From Planctomycetota bacterium (lineage in GTDB: Bacteria > Planctomycetota > B15-G4 > JADJEK01): 64,000 nucleotides of DNA. Below are positions 20,135 to 29,248 of the stretch, piece by piece (the stretch's first letter is position 1; each line of letters opens with the position of its first letter). The stretch lies in NCBI GenBank assembly GCA_044225365.1, contig JBGAIQ010000005.1:160001-224000 (forward strand), in the 5' to 3' direction. Made by a program: the position numbers and the translations under genes. Below the pieces are notes generated by a model. The model was not told where the DNA came from. It searched no databases and worked only from the letters and a program-made list of their open reading frames with translations.

Positions 20135-22645
20135 ATGTCCGTTCTGAATCGATTTCGAGTCCTTTCGCTCGCGGTTTGTCTTGCGACCGACGCGATTGCG
20201 GGAATCAGCACCTACGGCGCAGGGTGTTCCGATTCCAGCGGTACAGCGCCGTCGTTCACGGCCTCCGGTCAATCCGTTCCCGGAGGTTCGATCACCCTCG
20301 CTTTCGACGGCGCGGTCGCGAACGGTTCGATCTTCGTTTTCGTGGGTTTCGGTCAGAGCACCATTCCCATCGTGGGTGGATGCTCCCTCGTCGTCGCGCC
20401 GTTGTTCCCGACTCCGATCGGTCCGCTGCCCCTCGACCCGACGGGCGACCTGATCGCCCCGACTGCGCTTCCCGGGTCGTTTCCTGCACCCTTCACGATC
20501 ACGCTCCAAGCATTCGAAATCGATCCCCTCGTAGCAACGGGATTCGCCAACAGCCAAGGCGTGCGGATCGACGTCGAATCCTCACCCAGTGGATCGATGT
20601 TTCCGGGCGCACAATTCAACGTCGGGAAGAGTCCATTCTCGATCGCCCTCGGCGATCTCGATGGCGACACTCGGACCGATCTCGTCTCCGCCAACTTGGG
20701 GTCCGGTAACGTCAGCGTCCTCCTCGGAAACGGACACGGCGGATTTGCGCCGGCGGCGAACTACGCCGTCGGGTCGTCACCGCAAGCCGTCGCGCTGGGC
20801 GATCTCAACGGCGACGCGATTACCGATCTCGTGACCGCAAATTCTGCATCGAACACCATCAGCGTGCTGCTCGGTACCGGCCAGGGGAATCTCGCTGCCG
20901 CCGTGAATCTTGCCGTCGGCACGGCTCCCGTTGCGCTCGCGATGGGTGACCTCAACGGCGACGCAAAGCTCGACGTCGTCACCGCGAATTATGGGTCGAG
21001 CAGCGTCAGTGTCCTCCTCGGAAATGGTCTCGGTGGATTCGCGGCCCCGCTTGCCGTCGCCGTCGGATTCACGCCCTCGTCCCTCGCGATCGGAGATCTC
21101 GACGGGGATACGAAACCCGACCTCGTCACGTCGAACTACCTCTTCAACAATGTCAGCGTCCTGCTCGGCAACGGACAGGGCGGATTCACGGTCGCGTCCA
21201 GTTCCTCCGTCGGATCGCTACCGATGGCCGTCTCGATCGGTGATCTCGACGGGGACACGCGACTCGACGTGGTCACCGCGAACTACAACTCCGGGACCGT
21301 GAGCATCCTGCTGGGAAACGGACAGGGCGGATTCGCCAGCGCATCCAACGCTGCCGCCGGTGCCGAGCCACGCGCCGTTGCGATCGCCGATCTCGATGGC
21401 GACGCCGAGCCCGACCTCGTCTGCGCGAACGAAGCACCATCGAGCCTCACTGTTCTGATGGGCAACGGGCACGGCAGCTTCGCGACCCCCGTCCAGTTCG
21501 TCGTCGGATACGCCCCGCACTCCGTCGTCGTCGGTGACCTCGATGGCGACTCGAGGGCCGATCTCGTTTCGGCGAATTTCGGATCGAGCAACGTGAGCGT
21601 CCTGCTCGGTAATGGGCAAGGCGGGTTCACCGTCGCGTCGAAACTCCCGGTGGCATCGTCCCCCCGCTCCGTCGCCATCGGAGACCTGAACGGGGACACC
21701 CATCCGGATCTCGTCTCCGCCAATTTCGGGTCGAACAGCGTGAGCGTGCTGCTCGGTAATGGGCAAGGCGGGTTCACCACCGCCACCCACTTCGCCGCAG
21801 GATCCACTCCCCAGGCGATTGCCATCGGAGATCTCAACGGGGATCTGAAGCTCGATCTAGCGGTCGCAAACGATACCTCGAGCGCCGTGAGCGTCCTGCT
21901 CGGCAATGGGCAGGGCGGATTCGCGCCTGCGATCAAATTCGCTGTCGGTGCCTCTCCGTTCTCCGTCGCGATCGGCGACATGAATGGTGACACGAAACCC
22001 GATCTCGTTACCGCGAATCCCTTCGCCAACAACATCAGTGTCTTGCTCGGCACCGGGAATGGCGGTTTCGCTCCGGCCATTCGATTCCCCGCCGGGAACC
22101 AACCCTCGTTCGTCGCGATCGGCGATCTCAACGGCGACACGAAGCCCGACCTCGTCACCGCGAACGACAACGCGACCTACGTCAGCGTCCTCCTCGCTGA
22201 CGGACAAGGTGGGTTCGCGCCTCCGACGAGTCTCCCCGTCGGAGCAGCACCGCTCGCCGTCGTCATCGCCGACGTCAACGGGGACGGCCACCTCGATCTC
22301 GCGTCCGCGAACCATGGATCGAACGACGTCAGCATTCTGCTCGGCAATGGACAGGGGGCGTTCGGCGCCTCGACCCAGTTCGCCGTCGGAACCGCGCCCC
22401 GTTCGATCGCCGTCGGCGATCTCGACGGCGACGCCAAGCTCGATCTCGTGACGGCGAACTTCGGGTCGATGAACGCGAGCGTCCTGCTCGGCAACGGTCA
22501 GGGCGGATTCACGACCGCAGCCAACTTCCTTGGCGAAGCGCTGCCCTTCAGCGTCGCCCTCGGCGATCTCGACGGCGACACCGAGCCCGACCTCGTCATC
22601 GCGAACGCCAGCTCGAACTCCGTGAGCGTCCTCTTGCAGCAGTGA
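20135..22645 (+). CDS. Secreted VCBS/FG-GAP-like repeat protein (14 repeats) with N-terminal recurrent module
   Basis: GAGGGG RBS and signal peptide. STYGAGC...TLQAFEIDP...ANSQGVRI domain followed by 14 GDLxGDxxxDLVxAN repeats. Confidence 0.9.
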   Translation: MSVLNRFRVLSLAVCLATDAIAGISTYGAGCSDSSGTAPSFTASGQSVPGGSITLAFDGAVANGSIFVFVGFGQSTIPIVGGCSLVVAPLFPTPIGPLPLDPTGDLIAPTALPGSFPAPFTITLQAFEIDPLVATGFANSQGVRIDVESSPSGSMFPGAQFNVGKSPFSIALGDLDGDTRTDLVSANLGSGNVSVLLGNGHGGFAPAANYAVGSSPQAVALGDLNGDAITDLVTANSASNTISVLLGTGQGNLAAAVNLAVGTAPVALAMGDLNGDAKLDVVTANYGSSSVSVLLGNGLGGFAAPLAVAVGFTPSSLAIGDLDGDTKPDLVTSNYLFNNVSVLLGNGQGGFTVASSSSVGSLPMAVSIGDLDGDTRLDVVTANYNSGTVSILLGNGQGGFASASNAAAGAEPRAVAIADLDGDAEPDLVCANEAPSSLTVLMGNGHGSFATPVQFVVGYAPHSVVVGDLDGDSRADLVSANFGSSNVSVLLGNGQGGFTVASKLPVASSPRSVAIGDLNGDTHPDLVSANFGSNSVSVLLGNGQGGFTTATHFAAGSTPQAIAIGDLNGDLKLDLAVANDTSSAVSVLLGNGQGGFAPAIKFAVGASPFSVAIGDMNGDTKPDLVTANPFANNISVLLGTGNGGFAPAIRFPAGNQPSFVAIGDLNGDTKPDLVTANDNATYVSVLLADGQGGFAPPTSLPVGAAPLAVVIADVNGDGHLDLASANHGSNDVSILLGNGQGAFGASTQFAVGTAPRSIAVGDLDGDAKLDLVTANFGSMNASVLLGNGQGGFTTAANFLGEALPFSVALGDLDGDTEPDLVIANASSNSVSVLLQQ
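20651..22645 (+). repeat. Intragenic tandem array, 14 units with 147-bp period
   Basis: The GGCGATCTC anchor at 20651, 20798 ... 22562 spans exactly 13 x 147 bp. Confidence 0.9.
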
Positions 22646-22697
22646 TGTCACCGCCGCCGGATCTGCGACGACCGCCCGCAGCGGAAGATGCCGCGGT

Positions 22698-25600
22698 TCA
22701 GTTCGCCTTGACGTTGAGGATCAGAGCCGCGCGGGAGTTCGTCACGAGCGGCTCGATCGCGAAGAGTCCGGTCGGGGCGACCGAGCGGTAGAAGAACGGA
22801 GTCGCGTCGAGCGGGTTGCCGTTGTCGACGAAGGTCGTCGCGAATCCATCGAGCGTCGAGCCCGCCGGCCTCGGAACCGTACCCGAACTGAACACGATGC
22901 CGCTCGGCGACGACGGGAAGAAGGACGTCGAGCCCGCCATGATGATGCGGCTGAACGCGGTGGCCGTCGACGGGATGCGTTGCGGCGTCCCGAAGCTCGA
23001 GAGATCGAGCATCAGCAGATCCTGGAGATTGTCGGGCGCGCCCGACGAATCGCCGTTGTCGACGACGATGAGCACCTTCGCTTCGGTCGCACTCGGCAGC
23101 ACGTTGGAGATGCGCGCTCCCGTTCGCACGGCCCACGGCGAACCCGAGCCGTTGAAGAAGCCCGTGACCTGGACCGCGGGCGCCGGGTTGTCGGGATCGA
23201 ACATGAAGAGCTGATCGATGTTGTCGCGCGGATCGCCCGCCTGCAGGTTCGCGAGCTGCGCCGTGTAGAACAGGTAGTCCTTGAAGGGTCCGCTGCCGCC
23301 AACGCGGCGGAACTTGTGGTACTCCGGGTAGGACTCGAGCGTGAGCGAGCCGTCCGTCTTCGTATCCTGCGTGCCGACCGTCGGGATCGGAAGTCCGTCG
23401 TAGGGCGCGAACTCCTTGCCCGTGATGTTCACGATGTTGAAGGACGGCTCGGTGGCTCCGGGATCGGGAGCGACATCGACCGCGAGCAGATTCTGGCGAT
23501 CGAAACCCGCCGAGAAGATGCCGCGCTGCTCGCGGACGAAGTACATGTACTTCCCGCTCGGCGAGGCGAACGAACCACAGGGCTCGATCGTCGGACGATT
23601 CGTCGTCACGTCACCTTGCGGATCCCAGGGGCCGAACAACGTCGCGGGCTGCGCTGGAGTGCCCGACTTGCAGGTGCGCGTGAGGTTTCGCGTCACCTTC
23701 GTGCTGACGTTGGTCACGAAGATCTCGAAGCGATCGGGCGGCGCACTCGCGAACAAGAAGCCCTGCTCGTACACGAGGAACTGGTCGTCGGTCGAGAAGT
23801 GGTAATCGCGCGAACTGCTGAAGTCGGTCTTGTCGACGACGCCGCCGTTCGCGAGATCGGCGAGGATGTCGGCCGTCAAACCGGCCGTCGAGCCATCGAC
23901 CTTCGCGACTCGCGGCCAGCGCTCGGTGCCGTTCTCGCGAACGAACGCGATCAGACTTCCGTCCGCCGAATACGTGAAGGCGCCGAGTTGACCGTCGGTC
24001 GCTTCGTTGAACTCACCGATGCTGAAGAACACCGTGAGTCCGCCCGTCACGTTCACGATCGAATGGCCGGCCGTCGTGACATTGGTGATCGAGAGGACGT
24101 TCTCCGCGTTCGCTGCAGTGCCCGACGCAGCGACCACACAGAGCGTGTTGCGATCGGGCGACGGATAGTACTGACGATCGATGCGACCGATCGACGGGAA
24201 GCTGCCGCCGGGCAGGACCAGCGAGGGTATGCCGACCGAGTCCGCGACGTTGATGCGGAACAGGTGGTTCGGATACGTACCCGCGACCGGGGACGCGACG
24301 TCCGTCGTCGCGAAGAACGCCACGTACGAACCCTGACCGTCGTTCACGAACTCGATCGATTCCTCGTAGACCTTGCGGAACGAATTCTGATCTGCGCCCG
24401 ATGGCACGAATTCGTAGATCGGCTGCCCATTCGAGAAGTTGCCGCCGGGTTCGAGGTTCAGCATGAAGACGCGATCGAACGTCGACGACGATTGATCGAG
24501 CACGACGACGGCGCGCTTGTTGTCCGGCGAGATCGAGACCTCGTACTCCCACGCCGAGTTCGTCGGCGAGTTCGTGAAGGCGAACGAGGCGAACGGCGTG
24601 AGATTGCGCCAGGTATTCGTGTCCTTGAACAGGAGACCGAATCCGAACTTGCCGCTCGCGATGTCACGCCACAAGAAGAGCGATCGATTGCCGGGGAGTT
24701 CGATCCGCGGGAAGTCGCGGTTCTCGTTGTTCTTCTCCGGCCTCGTACCGGTGAGAAACTCCATGCCGGACGCCTGATTCCACAGACCGACGAGCGCGGT
24801 CGTGTTGTTTCCCACATACGCCGCGATCAAGTCCTGATCGGTCGGCGCGCCCGAACCGTTCACGCCATTCGCCGGATTGCTCTGGCTGTAGAGGACGTGT
24901 TGTCCGCCGAGCCCGATCATCCAGAAGTCGATGCCCTGCGTCGCGAACGAGAAGTCCGACGCCGCAGCCGGAGCCACCGTGGAGGCGTCCGCGAGATCCG
25001 TGTCCGTGATGACCGCGGGAACCACGCTCTGCGTGACCACGGCGGCGCCGGCATTCGTCGGCGCGAGCGCGGACGTGCCTTCGGCATAGGCGATCGTCGC
25101 GCTATAGGTCAGCGGGTCGAAGATCACCTTCACGCCCGTTCCGGAAGTGACGGCGAGCGTCTGCGTGTTCAGTTCGACGATCTGCATGTAGAGCGCGACC
25201 GTCGTGCTGACGCTCGATTCCAATGCGATCGGGAGCGGATTCGGCGCGCTCACGCTCGGCGAATTGTTCACGAAGTACGCGATCTGCGGCACCAACCCGC
25301 TGAGGTTGAAGTTGCCGCTCGCGTTGAACCGGAACACGGGTGACGGGACGTCGTTGACGATGTCGGTCGCGGCGAGGCTCGCTTGGCCCGTCGCATTGAG
25401 CTTCTGCCGAATGAACTCCATCCCGATCCCGTCGAACACCGGATGGATCGGAACGTACAGCGTGCCAGGGATGCTCCACGGCTTCAGGTAGTAACCGTTC
25501 GTGATATTGGCCTCGCCGCCAGGTGAGCCGTCGAACGCATCGCCCGCGAGCATCACCGCGAAGGGCGCGTTCGGCGTGCCATGGAGATTGATGCTGAGGT

Positions 25601-25760
25601 TGCCGAGCTTCTTGAGGTGCGGCACGCCGAGATTGTTCGAGGAGACGGGATTCGGCACTCCGTTCACCACGAGTGTCGGCGCGGACGGCGAACCTGCGAT
25701 CGCAACGCTCGCGACGAGAGAGACCGACACCGCAACGAGAGCGCGAGCGATGGACGACAT
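22698..25760 (-). CDS. Large secreted protein (1020 aa): N-terminal recurrent-module variant plus TolB/WD40-like beta-propeller
   Basis: GGAGG RBS and signal MSSIARALVAVSVSLVASVAIA. Blade motifs SPDNKRAVV, SPDRNTLCV, SADGSLIAF, STDDQFLVY, SPSGKYMYF. Confidence 0.8.
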   Translation of the reverse strand: MSSIARALVAVSVSLVASVAIAGSPSAPTLVVNGVPNPVSSNNLGVPHLKKLGNLSINLHGTPNAPFAVMLAGDAFDGSPGGEANITNGYYLKPWSIPGTLYVPIHPVFDGIGMEFIRQKLNATGQASLAATDIVNDVPSPVFRFNASGNFNLSGLVPQIAYFVNNSPSVSAPNPLPIALESSVSTTVALYMQIVELNTQTLAVTSGTGVKVIFDPLTYSATIAYAEGTSALAPTNAGAAVVTQSVVPAVITDTDLADASTVAPAAASDFSFATQGIDFWMIGLGGQHVLYSQSNPANGVNGSGAPTDQDLIAAYVGNNTTALVGLWNQASGMEFLTGTRPEKNNENRDFPRIELPGNRSLFLWRDIASGKFGFGLLFKDTNTWRNLTPFASFAFTNSPTNSAWEYEVSISPDNKRAVVVLDQSSSTFDRVFMLNLEPGGNFSNGQPIYEFVPSGADQNSFRKVYEESIEFVNDGQGSYVAFFATTDVASPVAGTYPNHLFRINVADSVGIPSLVLPGGSFPSIGRIDRQYYPSPDRNTLCVVAASGTAANAENVLSITNVTTAGHSIVNVTGGLTVFFSIGEFNEATDGQLGAFTYSADGSLIAFVRENGTERWPRVAKVDGSTAGLTADILADLANGGVVDKTDFSSSRDYHFSTDDQFLVYEQGFLFASAPPDRFEIFVTNVSTKVTRNLTRTCKSGTPAQPATLFGPWDPQGDVTTNRPTIEPCGSFASPSGKYMYFVREQRGIFSAGFDRQNLLAVDVAPDPGATEPSFNIVNITGKEFAPYDGLPIPTVGTQDTKTDGSLTLESYPEYHKFRRVGGSGPFKDYLFYTAQLANLQAGDPRDNIDQLFMFDPDNPAPAVQVTGFFNGSGSPWAVRTGARISNVLPSATEAKVLIVVDNGDSSGAPDNLQDLLMLDLSSFGTPQRIPSTATAFSRIIMAGSTSFFPSSPSGIVFSSGTVPRPAGSTLDGFATTFVDNGNPLDATPFFYRSVAPTGLFAIEPLVTNSRAALILNVKAN

Positions 25761-26148
25761 GCAACCTCCGACACGACGGACGAATTGAGCGCAAGGACGA
25801 GGCGGGCGAATCAGGCGCGCGTTCCTAGCCGGACGGCCCCAGTGCGACAAGCACGGACTTCACGACGAGGAGCGCAAGGGGAACCGAGATCCGATCGATC
25901 CTGAACACATACCCAGGGCGCGAGGAATGGTGACCGAGAGCGACACGCGGCGGAAGAATCCGTTGCGCGAGGGGTGGCCAACGGGGCCCTCCTCTCCGCT
26001 CGAATTCGATCGCCAGATCGTGCCACCGTCGATCCCCGAGGAAGCGCAGTCGCACATCGACCACGCCGCTCTCGCCATGGACCACCATGGATGGATCCTC
26101 ACCCCTCACACGATGAGGCGGCGGGTGCTCAACGGACCGTCAAGTCGA

Positions 26149-26177
26149 AGTCTACGGCAGGCTTAAGGATGGGTCAA
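26149..26177 (-). promoter_or_regulatory. Putative sigma70 promoter
   Basis: Minus-strand TTGACC-17 nt-TAGACT pointing toward the 25760 gene. Confidence 0.6.
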
Positions 26178-26314
26178 GCCGAGCGGATAGCCTGTCGGTG
26201 AACAGCGGCCGAGCGGCGCAGCGGTCCGAGGGAGTGCACGAGAACGCCTACGAGATCCGAAACGCATTGTGCACAACGTCGCGCGGGTCATACGTTTCGC
26301 CGCGATCGACGGGC

Positions 26315-29191
26315 TCAGGGAACGATGGTGGAGCCTTCGATGTGAGACGCAACGGACCCGGGCCCAGTCGCTCCCGCCTTCGAGATTCCGGTCGCGAAGT
26401 ACTGCAGGAAGACGACCGAACCGACGCCGAAATCGCCGCCACCGATCGGAACCTGGATCTCTCGCCGCCCCGAGGCGGGCAGGGTGACCGGGATGGAGAA
26501 ACGGCCGGGGATCCTGGGAGCGAGCAACCACTGCCGAGGGCCCCTCTCATCGACGAGGAGCGAGCGCGAGGCGACCACGAGTTCCCCTCGCGACGATCCC
26601 TCCCCCACGATCACGACCCGCGTCGACTCCGACATCGACGGCGCGGACTCGAAGGTGACGGTCGGCCGGGAAGCTACGACCGAGAAGCGGGACGTGGCGT
26701 CGCATTCGACCGCCTCCGCGATCCCCGTGCTCTTCTGGACTCGCAGGCTCGAACCCTCGGCGAGCTTCGCGATCGCCCCGCCATCCTTGCGGAGCACCGA
26801 CGGGACAGCGGCGCCGGAGAACTCGACGGCGGCATGCCGTAACAGCAGCGCCGGCGCAATGCTCGTTGCGACGCTCGAATTCATCAGCAGCGCGAGTCCG
26901 GAATTCACTTCGAGGCCTGGGGCGGGAGCGCTGCCGGCCGGAAACTCGCTCGGATCGGGAGTCGCGATCGCCGACATCGAAATGGTGAGGATGCCGGTAT
27001 CGAGCACGATCGAGCCGCCGATCTGGCTGCGCCCGAGGTGCACCGCATCGCAGTGATCGATCGCCAAGGCCGGACCCGGATGAAGAAGGGGCGCGATCGT
27101 GAGTCCGTCGAGCACGACTCCCGTCTCGCATCGTCGAATCGAGACCGTGCCGCGATCCCCCTCGACCTCGAATCCCGAGACTCGTACCGGAGGACCCGCG
27201 GCCACGTCTTCGATCGTAATCCCACCCTGCTCGATCCTCACGCTCCCGGCGTTCTTCGCGAGCAGAGCGACTCCCTTGTTCACACGGAATCCCGAATACA
27301 CTCCGCCCGCAACGAGGACGACGTCGCCGGGCGAGGCGGAATCGATGACCGCCTGGATCGAATCCGCGCCGTTCTTGGTCGCGTCGACGAAGATCGTCCG
27401 CGCACGGGAGCGCACGGCCGAGTCATCGATGGTGTGAGTGCGGGACTCGAAGGGAAGGAGGTTCGGAAGGAGCGGAACCGCGAGCACCGCGATGGACGAG
27501 AACCCGAGGGCGGACCACTCCGCTATCGAGATGCGGTCCGGGGCCGTCCCACGTCGCCGGAGCGCGATGCCGCCCAAGAACAATGCGATCGTCGAGAGTA
27601 CCGCACCTAGCAAAGTACTTTGTGAATGGTACTCGATCGAAAGGTCGTGGCGGCCTGCGGAGAGACGCAGGGCGAGGAGTCCATCGCGAATCTCGATGGG
27701 CACGATTTCGCCGCTGCCGGAGCGCTTCGCGACGAACCCGGGGAAGCCGTTCTGATTGACGACGAGCGTGTCGTCGCGTTCGAGCGCGGCCTGGACGTGG
27801 ATCGAATTCACGGTCCGAGCGACGACGACGTCGCCGCTCCCGTTCGCGAGGAACACTTCGCCGCGATAGATCGGCGAATCGGAGGAACGTACCGCGCCCC
27901 CCGATGCGAGCCGCGAATCCGCGCCGGGATCGCCGAGGTCGTCGCGCGGCGCCGAGATCTTGCGGTGAGCTGCGGCGGGGATCGCGGTCACGAGAACGAC
28001 GAGAAGCAGCGAGAGATTCGGTGCATTCGCGACCCGAGCGCGACGCAGCCACGTCTCGAGCGCTTCGACTCCGAAGCCTACGAGCAGCGACAGGACGAGC
28101 CCAGCGGGTACGCATACGAACGCCACCGCTTCGGCCGTACCGGTCGCTTCGGGTGAATGCAGGGCGTTCCACGGATTCCCGATCGGGCCCCTACCGAGTA
28201 CAACCGCGAGGAGGAGCGCCCCGGAGACGACGAGTACCCCCGCGCGACGCGGACGGAACAGCAGACCAAGCGCGGCGAGCACGACGCAAGGCGTGCCGAA
28301 GTTGCACCCATAATTCCCACCCGCTGGATCGAGGAACGCCTCGCGAAGGAGGGAGAACGAGATCGGCCGCTGCGCTGCGAGGGAATTCGTGTCGTGCGAA
28401 GCAAAGCGCAGGACCTCGCAGATCGGCAAGAGCCGAACGAGCGCGCACGCCGAGCCGAAGAGGAGGAGCGTGAGGCCGATCGCGAGCGGACGCCAACTGC
28501 GCGCGATCGCCGCGTCGACCGAGGCATCGACCGCGACGATTCCGAGGAAGAGCACGAAATGGTCGAAGCCTCCCGCGAAGACGACCGCGGCGAGTGCGAA
28601 CCCGCCCAGAACGGCCGCTCGGTGATCGCGCACCCCCACGCGGCGCAGCGTGAGGATCCACGGTAGGAATGCGTACGCGAACAACGCGTTCGGTGCGCCG
28701 ATCTCGACGTACAGGGGAATTGCCGACGACGCGATGCACGCCAGCGCCGGCGCGAGCCGAGCCGAGCCCTTCAATTGGAGTTCACCCGCGAATCGCCAGG
28801 CGCCGAATCCCAGGAACATCGCGAGCGGGACGATGAGGAGCTTGAAGGCGAGGCCGACGCCGAAGACCCACGCGAGCGGGGTCACGAGCGACAAGAACAT
28901 CGAGTCGGGATGTCCGAATGCCACTTGCCCGCCACGCCGCCAGGGATTCCACATCGGGAATTCGCCATCGCGCACGAGGCTCGTGAGTTCGGCCTGTGCC
29001 TCCCCGAAGAACGCGTTCCAGCCCTTCGAAGTCAGCGGATCGACCACCTGGAGTCGATGCGCGAGGCTGAAGATCGCAAAGCCGAGGATCAGCGCAGCCG
29101 CGGTCGCGATCCGTCGGCGATTCGGTTCCAATTCGGTCGGCTCGAGAATGGGCGCTTCTGCCCCCTCGCGCGTGACGACGGGCTGCCTCAA
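26315..29191 (-). CDS. YfhO-like (GT-C type) multi-pass membrane protein fused to a beta-helix domain and the recurrent module
   Basis: GEFPMWNPWRRGG early loop, many TM helices, LVVNQNGFPGF...LSAGRHDLSIEY YfhO-like tail, then TIFVDA...SIQAVIDSASPGDVVLV..GVY and a C-terminal VFLQYF module. Start uncertain. Confidence 0.7.
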   Translation of the reverse strand: MRQPVVTREGAEAPILEPTELEPNRRRIATAAALILGFAIFSLAHRLQVVDPLTSKGWNAFFGEAQAELTSLVRDGEFPMWNPWRRGGQVAFGHPDSMFLSLVTPLAWVFGVGLAFKLLIVPLAMFLGFGAWRFAGELQLKGSARLAPALACIASSAIPLYVEIGAPNALFAYAFLPWILTLRRVGVRDHRAAVLGGFALAAVVFAGGFDHFVLFLGIVAVDASVDAAIARSWRPLAIGLTLLLFGSACALVRLLPICEVLRFASHDTNSLAAQRPISFSLLREAFLDPAGGNYGCNFGTPCVVLAALGLLFRPRRAGVLVVSGALLLAVVLGRGPIGNPWNALHSPEATGTAEAVAFVCVPAGLVLSLLVGFGVEALETWLRRARVANAPNLSLLLVVLVTAIPAAAHRKISAPRDDLGDPGADSRLASGGAVRSSDSPIYRGEVFLANGSGDVVVARTVNSIHVQAALERDDTLVVNQNGFPGFVAKRSGSGEIVPIEIRDGLLALRLSAGRHDLSIEYHSQSTLLGAVLSTIALFLGGIALRRRGTAPDRISIAEWSALGFSSIAVLAVPLLPNLLPFESRTHTIDDSAVRSRARTIFVDATKNGADSIQAVIDSASPGDVVLVAGGVYSGFRVNKGVALLAKNAGSVRIEQGGITIEDVAAGPPVRVSGFEVEGDRGTVSIRRCETGVVLDGLTIAPLLHPGPALAIDHCDAVHLGRSQIGGSIVLDTGILTISMSAIATPDPSEFPAGSAPAPGLEVNSGLALLMNSSVATSIAPALLLRHAAVEFSGAAVPSVLRKDGGAIAKLAEGSSLRVQKSTGIAEAVECDATSRFSVVASRPTVTFESAPSMSESTRVVIVGEGSSRGELVVASRSLLVDERGPRQWLLAPRIPGRFSIPVTLPASGRREIQVPIGGGDFGVGSVVFLQYFATGISKAGATGPGSVASHIEGSTIVP

Positions 29192-29248
29192 GTCGGTGAT
29201 CCGCTCAACGACGACTGCAGTCCGGAACGACGCAAGAGGCGCAATCGC

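Noticed and set aside
20651-22645. Regular repeats as a CRISPR array
   Set aside because: Repeats are in-frame coding units of 147 bp with synonymous divergence. There is no repeat-spacer structure and no cas gene.
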